Source: Salpingoeca rosetta
Taxonomy: Eukaryota > Protista > Choanoflagellata
Direction: 5' to 3'
Length of the DNA stretch: 64,000 bases
NCBI GenBank assembly: GCA_033442325.1
Contig: JAWQFM010000002.1
Location: 799,865-863,864, forward strand
Made by a program: the position numbers and the translations under genes. The notes below the pieces were generated by a model, which saw only the letters and a list, made by a program, of their open reading frames with translations, did not search any database and had not been told where the DNA came from. This document shows, one piece after another, positions 1-12,341 of the stretch (its first letter is position 1; the number at the start of each line of letters is the position of its first letter).

Positions 1-1007
1 TCTTCGACAAGACCCGTCGCCAGCCATCATCACGTCAGCACATGTGCTGTGTGTGTGTGTGTTTGTGTTTGTGTTTGTGTTTGTGTGTGTGTGTGTGTGT
101 GCGTTTGCACATACATGTGTGTATTGTTTGCATGTGTTTTGGTTGCTCGTGCATGGTTGTTGCATGTGCTTGCTCTCTGCTAACGTGTCCACACGAATTG
201 CACCTCGTGCTCACGCTTACATATGTTTGCCGATCCATGGCCAGAGCACAACCGCTTCCACGATGTTGCTGGGGAGTTCTTCTTCCCGCTCATCGCCAAA
301 TACGACCAGCCCATCCGCACAATGCGCATGCTGGTGCGTACTGACGTGAAAACGGCCCTCTCCCCGTGTTGGGGGCTGTCATGACCGTGCTCATATGCCG
401 TGACAGAATGTGTGCACGGTTCTGCGCGCGCGTTTGTTCCCTTGTTCGCCTTTTTACCCGCTCGCTTGCTTGCTTTTCATTCCTCACTCCTGTCCCCGTG
501 ACGGCCTGCACTTTGGCTGTGACAGGAACAAGACATGTTCATGCTCAGCCTGCTGCTTCGGGCGCTGGGGACGTGCATGTACTGTGCGGCGTTTGCTCCC
601 ATTTTCCCGCGCATGGCCATGACATTTTGCGAGTACGTCGAGTGCAGCCTGCGGCTGTTTGGCGGCCCGTAGCCTGGCAATCCAATGCATGATTTTGATA
701 CGCACGCACATGTCCATGCAGGGTTTAACGCACACACGCACACACNNNNNNNNNNNNNNNNNNNNNNNNNNNNNNNNNNNNNNNNNNNNNNNNNNNNNNN
801 NNNNNNNNNNNNNNNNNNNNNNNNNNNNNNNNNNNNNNNNNNNNNTTAGAGAGTCCAGTATACAACGTCTAGAGCTGAGAGAGGATGAGCGTGAGTTTTT
901 ACGTGTCTTGTCTATTGGCATTGTCAACATATCTTATATCTGCGGAGGCTCCACTAAAAAGATTAGATCTATCCTCCAGCCCATTTGGATACAATCCTCA
1001 ATTTTGG

Positions 1008-1058
<51 letters not shown>

Positions 1059-1661
1059 GGCACACACACACACACACAAAGGCACACACACACACGCACA
1101 CACGCACGCACACACACAAAGGCACACACATACGCACAAGCAACATTCACACATTCACACATTCACACATATCTACACCCCATCGTGATGTGACTGTTTG
1201 TGCAGGTTTGCGTTGTCACTGCTGTACATTACAGATGCTGACATGCACCAGGCGCTGCTGAGTGCGCTCCTGATGATGGTCGAGTGTGCACCGGCACATC
1301 TTTTGCTGACAGACTTGCGCCCATTCCTCACGGAACTGCGCTGCTGGATTGAGGTCGCCCATTTTTTGTCTGTGCGCGCACGTGTTGAGATATACTTGTC
1401 TGCCTGCCTGTGTCTGCGTGTGTGTGTGTGTATGCGCGCGCGCGCGTGTGTGTGCATCTGCTTCGCGCAGTGTAACCACTGAATGCATGCTCACACTCGC
1501 TCACTCACTCACAACACACACTCTCACTCGCACACGATGCTGGTGTACAGGAGGTGATGGAGAGCAGCCCTGCGCCAGAGTGCCGCCGTCTCGCCGCCTC
1601 CATCCTCGTCATCTTGCATGAACGCACCACACAACAACGACAAGAGCGCACGCCGATGTAG
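1..1661 (+). CDS. TELO2: Telomere length regulation protein TEL2 homolog, C-terminal part (5'-truncated by window; exons approx. 1-33, 245-333, 526-632, 1207-1353, 1551-1661)
   Basis: Spliced translation HNRFHDVAGEFFFPLIAKYDQPIRTMRML|EQDMFMLSLLLRALGTCMYCAAFAPIFPRMAMTFCE|FALSLLYITDADMHQALLSALL...LTELRCWIE|EVMESSPAPECRRLAASIL resembles the TEL2 C-terminus as recalled (N.F..VAG.FFFPL, E.DP.E.CR); GT-AG introns; TAG at 1659-1661. Confidence 0.8.
746..845. other. Assembly gap (run of about 100 N) inside a TELO2 intron
   Basis: N run in the sequence. Confidence 1.
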
Positions 1662-1766
1662 CATAAACATAACCGAACAGTGCCTGTGACTGTGATGTGA
1701 CATGGCATGAGATACACACACGACGCTGTGACGGGTGCCAAGCAAAGAGAACGTTGTCGGGAACAC

Positions 1767-1892
<126 letters not shown>

Positions 1893-2161
1893 AGCTCAGG
1901 CAGGGAAGGACTGCCTTATTGTTGTTGGTGTTGTTGGCGATTAGTGGATACCTTTAACCAGTTTTCGGCAGCGACAGTGCAGTTGATGGACTCGAGTTAC
2001 AACAACCACTGAGATCTCCCCCTTCCTCTGTTTCTTGTCTCACATTAACCTGGCTGATCATAACAAGACCTGCATTTACAACGAGCTGCACTGCATCAAG
2101 TTGAGGCATTACCACAACATTCGCGTCAACCAGCATCGACCAACCAAGGCCAAGGCCAAGT

Positions 2162-3304
2162 ATGGGAGCGATCCGCTTCTACGGACACACAAAGCCGTTT
2201 GGCTTCATGAGCAACTTCTACCCTGCGAAAGTGGTGATTGATGGCCACACATGGCCAACCACAGAACACTACTTCCAAGCCATGAAGTTCCACGACAAAG
2301 ACTACCAGGCCCAGATCCGCAAATACTCATGTGCGACAAGCTTGGCGGTGACCATGCCCACCTCGTTGGCTGGCTTCCTGGCGGAATGTGCGAGCTACAT
2401 CTTGTTCTGTCGTGCCTGCCTCCCCTTGTCGTGTGGCACGCTTCTCACCCAGCATCAACACACACACACGCGCGCACGCACGCACACACACACACACGCA
2501 CGCATGCAAACATCTTATTTGCTTCCACAGCGCCGTCGACTGCAAAGAAGCTTGGTCAAACACGGGCGGTGAAGCTGAGGAGCGACTGGGAGGACGTCAA
2601 GTATGATGTCATGTACAAGGCGTGCTTGGCCAAGTTCACACAACACGCGTAAGCGAAAACACGCGCAGCCTGATGCTTCATCTTGTGCGGTGTATGTGTG
2701 TGTGCCGTGTGTCGATGTGTGTGTGTGCTGATGAATGTGCGCATGTCTACGTGTGTAAATCTACGACGCACTGTGATTGTTGAATGTTCTCCTCACTTCC
2801 TTATACAACCAACAGGGATCTGCGCAAACAGCTGCTGGACACGGGCGACGCAAAGTTGATCGAGGTATTCACTCGGATGCAAATCGCCCCATGCGCCTGC
2901 CTTCGCTGTTGTGACTGACACGCAGGCGTACACGCTGCCCTGCTGGTGTTCGGGTGTGTTTGAATCACTTTGCAGTCGTGCATGCAAACCCCAACTCAAC
3001 ATCCCCACACAGTTCTCACATGTTGTCTATCTGCCTTTGCTTGTTGTTGTGTGTGCAGCACACGAGAAATGACCGGGTATGGGGCGATGGTGGCGATGGC
3101 ACGGGCCAGAACAAGCTCGGCCAGGTCCTGATGGAGGTACGCCGCGAGTTGAGAGAGAAGGGACCCTCACCCGCGCACGCAGCACATGATGTTGCCAAGG
3201 CGACTGACAACGCCGACGATGATGGTGATGCTGGCGATGACGATGATGATGGCGAGGAGGGCACATCAAGCACAACAACTGCTGGCACTACAGGTTCGGC
3301 ATGA
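2162..3304 (+). CDS. NADAR (YbiA-like) domain module; stand-alone stop TGA 3302-3304 if the donor at 3294 is not used
   Basis: FYGHTKPFGFMSNFY...WPTTEHYFQAMKF...SPSTAKKLGQ..VKLRSDWEDVKYDVM....AKFTQHADLRKQLLDTGDAKLIEHTRNDRVWGDGGDGTGQNKLGQVLMEVR, the characteristic NADAR/YbiA motifs. Confidence 0.93.
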
Positions 3305-4849
3305 GGCAACGTGCAAAACGTGTGTATGTGTTTGTGTTTGTGTCTGTCTATGCGTTTGTGTGTGTGTATGTGTTTGTGTGTTGTGTGTGTGTGTGTGTGG
3401 CTGTGTGTCAGTGCGTGACTGTGAGCATGTGTCTTGTGTGACGGGGGTTTTTTTTTTTTTTTTGGATTGTTTCGTCCCTATAAACGTGTGGCGCGTGGTG
3501 TGCTGTAATCATCGTCATCGTCGTGATGCTTCTCGTTGGAATGTGGGAGACGGACATAGTCGAGAGTTGTTGTAGCCGGTGTGCTGCTATTGTTACCACA
3601 CATCCTCGTCCGCTGATGCTTTGTGCTGCTGGGTGTGTCGGCAGACGGCGTGCCCAAGCGTGCAAAGCGCACCATGCTTGACTTTGTGGCCAAGGACACA
3701 GCACCCAGCACATCCCCAACACGCCGAAGGTACGACCAGCCTAACGCGCAGTGTATGCGAGTGTTCGGGGGAGGGAGAGAAGAGGAATGTGGTGGTGTGT
3801 GAGTGTGCGTGTGCGTGTGCGTGTGCATGTGCATGTGCGTGCGAGAGTGTGGGTGTGTGGGGGGGGGGTGTACGTGTGTGGGTGTGTGCTTGTGTGAATG
3901 CAACCGAGGTCTCATGCACGCGCGTGTGCACATACCGGCACACAGTGGAAGGAACGTTGTGCAGTACAAGACGGGGGATCTTCTCAAAGCAACCGAACAG
4001 TGCATTGCACACCAATGCAACGCCGTCTCAACATACGCGAAAGGTGCGCACGTGTTCGTTTGCATGTTCGTGTGTAGGAACGACGCGGGCTTATTGGTGG
4101 CCGTGTTTCATGTCGCCGATCGTGGCTGCTTCAGTAGCATTTCGCAATCACACTCGCACACACGCACACGTATGCACACATATGCACACATACACACGTA
4201 CGCGCATGCACACATGCACACGTGCACGTAAGTGATCAATGCTCCATCCCCCCCCCCTCCCCAATTTGCAGGCTTGTCAAAGGTGATCTTCAGTCGGTAT
4301 CCACAAGCGGATCTGTACACGAAGCAGCACAAGCAAGCGAGCAAGAAGAGCAAGCCCGGCACAACGCAGTTCCATGCAGGCAAGCCGCATTGCGTGATCA
4401 ACATGGTGGCCCAGCGCTCCCCTGGTCGCCCGCGCGCGTCTGAAACCGCAGAGCAGCGGCTGGAATGGTTCAAGGAGTGTCTTGCCAAGATTGCCGCCAA
4501 CAAGGACATTGAATCCGTCGCCTTCCCCTACATGTGAGCACCGCACGCTCGGGACTTGCTTTGTTCCTGCTGCCCTTGTTGCTCGTGTCGTGGTTGCGCG
4601 CTATTGCGAAAGTGCTGTAATGGCGGTTGCATTTTCGCACACGACGCAAGCACACATGCACACACATGCACACACATGCACACACATGCACACACATGCA
4701 TCCTCACACACTCTCACATACACGCACACGCGCGCAGGATTGGGTGTGGCCTCGCTGGTGGCAAGTGGGAAGATTACAAGGCAGCCATTGCTTCGTTTGC
4801 TGCACGCAATCCTCACATCCAAGTCGCCATCTACAAGCTGCCAGCATAA
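2162..4849 (+). CDS. Predicted NADAR-macrodomain fusion protein, 375 aa (exons 2162-2330, 2531-2648, 2816-2864, 3059-3293, 3645-3729, 3946-4043, 4272-4533, 4738-4849)
   Basis: All seven introns are GT-AG and phase-consistent; total 1128 nt = 376 codons including the stop. The joining intron 3294-3644 (ACAG|GTTCGG...CGGCAG|ACGGCG) is phase 1 at both ends. A two-gene reading remains possible. Confidence 0.6.
3645..4849 (+). CDS. Macrodomain module of the ALC1/TARG1/SCO6735 class (alternative own start ATG at 3674)
   Basis: VQYKTGDLL..IAHQCNAVS..AKGLSKVIFSRYP...VINMVAQRSPG...FKECLAKI...SVAFPYMIGCGLAGGKW; GDL, HQCN and PxxIGCGLAGG are macrodomain motifs. Confidence 0.9.
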
Positions 4850-5028
4850 CTGCACATGGCACTGCTTTCTTCCTTTGATGGCACTTTCTTGTGTTGTTTT
4901 ATGTATGTGTGTGTTGTGTTGTGTTGCGTTGTGTGTGCGTGTGTTGTACGTGTGCGTGTGTGTGTTGTGCCGCTACACTGTGCGATATGCGACTGATGCG
5001 TGTAGAATTGAACCGTTTACAGTGTAAC

Positions 5029-5029
5029 C

Positions 5030-5083
<54 letters not shown>

Positions 5084-5092
5084 GGTGGTGGT
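5029..5092. repeat. (GAT)n(GGT)n compound trinucleotide repeat between convergent 3' ends
   Basis: Direct inspection. Confidence 0.9.
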
Positions 5093-5324
5093 AGTGGAAA
5101 ACCTGCCGTTTGTTCGAAACGACAACATCAAACACAGCACATTAGACAACTAGCAACAAACACAACACATAACACGTGTAGAGAGCAAAAGGAACATGTG
5201 GCATCACACCTTAAACATGATCACTACCGAAACACGCACGTGCACACCCACCCACACACCCACACATGCACACATGCATACACACGTCAAGAAGAGCCAG
5301 GCCAGGAGCAGACACAGCGCGGCA

Positions 5325-5566
5325 TCAATCCCTGTGGAACGGGCGCTGCAACTTGATGGTCTTGCGATCAAACTTGCGGACAACTGCAGCACGGCCCGTC
5401 TTCACCGTTCCTTCTGCACATGGACACGCACGAGAGAGAGGCGGGGGTGGCGGTGGTAGGGAGAAAACAGAGGGTAAGGAGAAAGTAGAATGAGTTAGCG
5501 CACGCATAAAAATCGTGTACACACACAACAACAACAACAACAACAACAACTACAACAACAACAACT

Positions 5567-5629
<63 letters not shown>

Positions 5630-6020
5630 CCTTGCCCATGCGGTATACATGTTCCCCGCAACAGCAACCACACCGCCAACCAGCACAAGCACAAGCAGCA
5701 GCAGCAGCAGCACGACGTACTGTTCTGGTATGCGGCGCGTTCCGCTGCGGAGTTGATGAGCGAAATGCCGGCGTCTTTGTCCGCCTTCGACTTTGCTCTT
5801 TCTTGCAGAAACGCATCCAGCCAACGTTCTTTCTCCTCGTCTGACTTGGCGCATAGGATGTACCTGGTGCAGTGGCCGTGGGTGGGGATGAGTGCAGCAC
5901 AACGAATAACCAGCGTACAACCGCAGCAACAACCACAACACAATACAATACAATCACTCGTATGAACACAACCATGACCACAATCGCAACTCAATACAAT
6001 ACTCGGGCAACCGCACCAAG

Positions 6021-6094
<74 letters not shown>

Positions 6095-7397
6095 ACTTGT
6101 CCTTCTTGTCGTTCTTGATTTTGATGGCGTGGCGCAGGGGTGTTTTCTTAAAGTGATCAGTGTCGTCTGGCATGTTGATGATGGACATGTTGTCGGTGAA
6201 GATCTTCCCCTTCACCACAAGCGCACCCTGCGTAGCAACAACAGTACGGCCGCGCCAGGTGTGAGTGGAGATCACGTGGGCAGATAGATGAAAGAGAGAG
6301 AATGGGTGAGCGAGCATCGGTGAGGAAGCATTTACAAGCAAGTATAAATGCCTTTGTACCAATTCGTGTCTCGAACAACAGCAAAAACAGGGGCAAGTAG
6401 CTCCAAGCAAGCAAGCAAACACCACATGCGTACCTTGAGTGAGCGCTTGCAATAGATCATGAGGTTATCAAACAGGTAGAAGTAGCGCTCCTGTGCACTC
6501 CGCCCCGAAATCTGCACGAGACGTGCGTTGTGAGGACAATGAGCAGGCGTAGCCAGACATGAGAGAACATGGTTAAACTGTGCTCATCACAACGCACTCG
6601 CAAGGACGACGACAACAACAACAACTTAAAAAAACCAACTTAAACAACAACAACAACTTCACCAACAAATAAACAACTTAAACAACAACAACAACAGCCG
6701 GACCTTGACGAGCGGGCCGTCGTGAATGAGCTGCGTGCTCCACGTGGCGATGTCGGGACCCGTCCAGTTCTCGAGACTCCGCTGCAGGCGATCAAGCTCC
6801 TCTTTGTGCCGCCGGTCGTCGTTGATGGTCGCAGCCATCGCCTGAACACATTTGTAAACAATGTCACACACGATGCATCCACGCAGATATGCGCATGCAG
6901 GAAGGGTGGGTGATGGAGGTTGTGAGGACGTTCAAGATACACCAAGTGCTCCGTGACTATCAGTCGTGCACATGTGAAGGCGCACAGAACGACACACACA
7001 CACACACGCACACACACATCCACACACACACACGTGTGTGTGTAAACGCACCTCCATCTGTGTGAGAGCCTGGACAGCGTTTGCGTGATCGGGGTGGTTC
7101 TCCGGGGTGTACTTGACAAGCTGCTTGAGGAGAAGCGGGTAGCGGCACACGCGCTGCACGGGCTCAAGCAGGAAACCGGGCAGCTCAAGTTCATTCTCGC
7201 CCATGATCAGGCGGCAGCCCTCAAGGAACGACTCAATCTGCACACACACGCAGGGAGAGAGAGGTAGACAGACAGAGAGAGAGAGAGAGCACGCAGGTAT
7301 GCATGGAACGAAGTGGCAAAGACATGTGACGTATGAGCAAATGTGCAGAAAATAAAGGCGTAACAACCACACTCACACCGGCAATCTCGGCGTACAC

Positions 7398-7456
<59 letters not shown>

Positions 7457-8936
7457 AACGCACAACACACACACACCAACGCACAACACGCGAATGTACA
7501 CCGCGAGCACACTACATCTTCCACCCCCCCCCATGTGTCTCTGCCACCACTGGAACGGGACCTGGATGTCGCCCTTCTGCACGGCGTCAAGCTCCTGCGT
7601 CGCCTTCTGGTGGTTGTTGCAGTAGATGGAGTACGCCTTGAACCGCTCAGAGTGGTTCGCAAAGCACAGGCCAACAGCTGCAGTGGAAACGCACGCGTGC
7701 ATGCAAAACAGCAGCAGGGCAACGTGCATGCGAAGAAAGCAACGTAATGAGCTCGAACCATTGGCACGCGCGTATGCATACGACACAATCAAGGTCGCTT
7801 CACACCCGACTTCGGACATCACGCGCACAGCACAAGCAGATGCACACAACATTGTTGATGCCGCAGCGGCAATGCACGACCCGTGTGCTCACCGTCGTTT
7901 TCCGCCGCTGGGCGCAGTTCCCGCAGAAACTTCTCGTTGAGCTGGTGGATCTGCTCAATGTTGCCGAAGATGACGTTGATGCTCTGGACACACAGAGAGA
8001 GACAGAGAGTGTGTGTGGGGGGGACGTGTGAGTGAGTGAGCGGATGGGTGTCGTAAGCATTTTGTCAGAGTAGCATGGTGCAACCATGAATCCGAGCAAG
8101 GAATGTATGTATTCCACCCCTTAGCATGTTAACATGTGCGTGTATTCCGGTTGATGATATGATCACCTCTTCGTCGAACAGCTGCCCGATGCGTTGCCGC
8201 ATTGGAATGACATAACCCGTCACAACCTTTGCCAGCTTCGACACATAGTCCTGACATTGAGAAAAGTGAGGGAAGGAGACGGAGACAAACAGACGCGGGC
8301 CACAAATGCGGCGAGCAACGCTTGAAGTGTGAGCACTGAAGAAACAACGGTGGTGTGCTTGTTCCTCCACATGGTGTGGTGTGTGATGCGTGGGTAGCTC
8401 GAGCTCTGTGACCTGAACGACAATCATCGGCAGCAACACGACGGAATCATGCACAGCAGAGCGATACAATGACACAAACCTCTTCTGTCTTGACAATCTC
8501 TGCAACGACATTCTTGCGCTTCTCTGCCATCTTTTCCCTGAAGGAACAAACACAAATGGCGCATGATGGGCATATGAGTTGTTGCGCATGCCAGAGACAG
8601 CTTCAACATCAACCGACACCAACCGACACAGGCAAAGTAATGTTACGGCCAACACCAGCCAGGTAACTGCCAACACCAACCAACACTCGCCATGGGCAAC
8701 GAGGGACGTACACATGCGGGTCGAGGGCGCGCTGCAGCTGCTGCTGTTGCATATCTTCGACTGTCGCGTCGTCGTCTTCCAGCAGCTTCACATACGACGC
8801 AGGGAACCAACCTGGCCACGACACAGCACGCACGTGCATGCAGAGGGAAATGCAATGAGACGTGGGCAAGCAAACACATGCTGTCGTCGACCTCAAGGTG
8901 ATAGCAGAGGGCAACCCCCATGAGATGTCTGTGCCA

Positions 8937-9015
<79 letters not shown>

Positions 9016-12000
9016 ACACACAACACCCAACATGCAAACACATACATACGCACACACAATACACACCTTCGTGTTCGCCAATAGCGCCAGACCACCAGGG
9101 ATCGTCCTCTTCGCAGCTGAGAATCTCGATGGTGTCGCCCGCATGGAACGACAGCTCAGAGTCGGACGTCGCTGCAAAGTCGTACAGCGCACGCGCATAC
9201 AGCGGCTGTTGCGCACGTACGCGTGATGTGTGGAGAAGTGTAAGTGCACAAACAGGGAGAGCAGTGCAACGCATGCATGCGGACTGTTAAGGGCCCACCA
9301 CCAACAACGCCAACAAAGGGGGCAGGTCACACCAAATTGCGCTACAGCAGCTCACCTCCTCCTCATCAAACTCGTCGTCGTAGTCTGCTGCCGCCTCCTG
9401 ACTGTCGACCATCATCGCTTCCTCCTCATCATCATCTGTGTTGCCTTCCTCACCCACATCACCCGTATGCACGTGCTCATCCGCTGGCTCGCCCTTGCTC
9501 TCCCCTTCTTGCTGCGGTTCTTGTTGGTGCTGTTGCTGCTCTTCCTCTTGTTGCTCCTCCTCTTGTTGCTGCTCTTGCTGTTGCTGCTGCTGTTGCGGTT
9601 GGGTGTGTGAACTGCTGTCATCTCCTTGAGCAGCAAACGGATTCATGGCCGAAAAACCATCCCCCCTGCACGCACACCACACACATATGCACATACACAC
9701 GTACGGGTATGAGCATGCGACAGGAAGACAAACAGTGTCAGACACATCAGAGAGTGCCTTGGCAACAAGGTGTAGCGACTGACATTGCAACTGAGATGGG
9801 TCGGCTGCGCGGTTTCGACTGGCGATTCCATGATGGCGCTGTTGTTTCCGCCTGTTGTACACACACAAACGTACAGAGAGGTGGGGAGAAGACGTGAGGA
9901 GTGCGAGGATCATCGAACACTCACGACACACACACGCACACATATGCACACACACGCACACAAGCTTGCTACCTGCTGTTCGCTGGGCTGCTGCTGCTGT
10001 TGCTGCTGTTGCTGCTGCTGCTCAGCAGGTGTTGAAACTGTGTCTTCATCGGTGGATGTCTCCGCCGTGTGTGCACGGACGTAATCGCACGGGAAGAACC
10101 CACATCGTCCTGGCAAGGAACAGTCACGGCGAGTCACAGACGTACACGAGCCAACACGTAAGCTGCATGCACGTGTACTCACGTGCACACATGCAAAGAT
10201 GTACGCATGCACACATGCTTACAATCGCGCGCGCACACGCATGCACACACGCACAAACAAACGCATGCACTCACCCGTGCATTCCCCAAACCACCATGGG
10301 CAGGATGGATTGTTATCAATGACATTCACGAGATCTCCGGTGCGCAGTGCAAGCTCGTCCGCCTCCTGCCATCACGCATACAACAAGACGCGTGAGCAAC
10401 TTGGAATGCACGCAGGGAATACACACGTGCACACGTGCAGGTACGCACACGTGCAGGTACGCACACCTGCACACACACACACACACTCACGAACACACGA
10501 ACACACGAACACGCACGCACACACACACGCACACACACACACGTAGGGATTTGGTGACTTACGGTGCCATCAAAGTCGTGACATGCCACTGCTTGGAATT
10601 TGACAGCGTATGTCTGTCCAGACACCTAACACACAGAGAACAAGTCACCATGGAATGCCATGCAATCAGCATATATTGCGCCAGGTTCAGTCATGAGTGC
10701 AGTCATGCTCAGACTTTTACACATGCAGCACACATGCACACACACACACACACGTGCGCACACACGCACACGTGCGCACACCTGGACGTTCTTGGGTGGC
10801 TCGCCCAATTGCAGCAGCTTCTGTTCAACAGATGCCGCTGTTGTTTCTGCTGCCGTTGTGTGCTCTTGCTGCTGCTCAGCGTGGCCACCGGCTGTTGTCT
10901 CGGCATCTGCGTTCGCCTCAGCCTCCACAGGTGCGTTCTGCTCAGGCCCAGACTGCTCATGTTGTATGCTTAGTTCGTGTGCTGCCGCTGCTTCCTCCTG
11001 TGCTGTCTCCGCCTGGGTCTTTACCTCCGCGCCCTCAACCTGGCTCTGTTCGCCAGACTGTTCTGCTTTCTCCCTTTCCTCCTCCCCCTCTCGTCGTTCT
11101 CTCTTTTGCTCTTGGTCTTCGTCGTGTTCTTCTCTCGTGTCAACGGCTGCTGCCTCCTCATCGGCCTGCTGCTGCTGCTGCTGCTGCTGCTGCGCCTGCT
11201 GCTGCGCGATGTCGGCCTCGTCCTGCGCTGGCTGCACAGCTTCATCGAGCTGCTCGGGTTGGAGTTCCTCCTGTGCATGGTCGGTGTTTGCAACAGCTAC
11301 CTCTTCACTCGGCTCAAGCTGCTGCTGCTGCTGCTGCGGCCGCTCTTCCTTTTGTTGTTCTTCTTCTTGCTGCTGTTGTTCCTCCTCTTGCTGCTGCTGC
11401 TGCTGCTGTTGCGTGTGTGGTTCATCTGCAGGGGGCTGTGCTGCGTCTTGTGTACGTGCTCTCGGCTTTGGCAGCCCAACCATTGACAAGGGTCTCGACG
11501 AAGGCCCACGTCGCTGCTGCTGCTGCTGCTGTTGTTGTTGTTGCTGCTGCTGTTGCTGCTGCTGTTGCTGCTGTTGATTGATGAGCGCTTCAAAGGGGTT
11601 GGCAATCCTGCCTGGCGTCCGCCTTGGCGGCTCAGCCTTCTTGCTGGCCTGTGCAGCTTGCCCTGTGAACACAGACGGGATTTTCAGTCGAGACTCCGAC
11701 TTGCGCTTTGAAGGCAAAGGGGCCGTTGTCTCCTGAGATGCGGGTGATGATGCGGGGGAAGATGAAGGTGGCAGTGGCGGTGTCCTCACAGGTCTCGCCG
11801 TGGCGCTGCTCTGTGACGGCGGCTGGGGTTGTTGATCTTGCAGCTGCCTCTGTTGCTGCTGATGCTGCTTGACCTCGAGCAAGGCTGTTCGCAACGCAGT
11901 CTCGTCCCCTTCTGCCAGCGCCTTTGACAGGCGCTTGAGCTTGTCTGGTTTGCTTGGCGGCGCGGGTCGCGGTCGTGCTGTAGGTTTCATGGGCGACGAC

Positions 12001-12341
12001 AATGATGATGACGATGACGACGAGGATTGCTCCTGCGGTGTGGGCGTCATGGCGGCGGCAGCAAATGGGTTTGTTGATCGCGGTGCACTGTGCTGCGTGC
12101 TGCTTGTTGCTGCTGTTGCTGCCGTGGATGCTGCCGTGGATGGTGTTGTGGATGGTGTTGTGGATGCCGTTGTGGTCGAGGATGACGTTGGATGAGCACT
12201 GGATGTTGCCAGATGCGCTGGCTTGACTGGCAATCGCGGCTTCTTGGCCTGCAGGCTGGAAGGTTTGTGTGGCAGTGGGGGTTTCTGGGTCCCGTGCCCA
12301 GCTGGCCGGGTGCCAGACGACCTTGGTGGAGGCAGTGGCAT
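5325..12341 (-). CDS. Dbl-family Rho GEF: Pro/Gln-rich N-terminus, two SH3 domains, DH and PH (ARHGEF4/Asef-collybistin-like), multi-exon
   Basis: SH3 #1 AVACHDFDGT|EADELALRTGD..WWFGECTGRCGFFPCDYV; SH3 #2 ARALYDFAATSDSELSFHAGD..WWSG..GWFPASYV; DH RKNVVAEIVKTEEDYV...LPGFLLEPVQRVCRYPLLLKQL; PH QERYFYLFDNLMIYCK...AKSDEEKERWL; stop at 5325-5327. Confidence 0.9.
5525..5628. repeat. (AAC)n trinucleotide microsatellite, intronic
   Basis: Direct inspection. Confidence 0.9.

Noticed and set aside
3302-3304. Selenocysteine or readthrough at the NADAR TGA
   Set aside because: The downstream frame runs straight into GT repeats; splicing from the donor at 3294 explains the continuity better.
2162-4849. 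Bacterial DarTG toxin-antitoxin operon or contaminant
   Set aside because: Both modules contain host-style spliceosomal introns with microsatellites, and no ADP-ribosyltransferase toxin ORF is adjacent.
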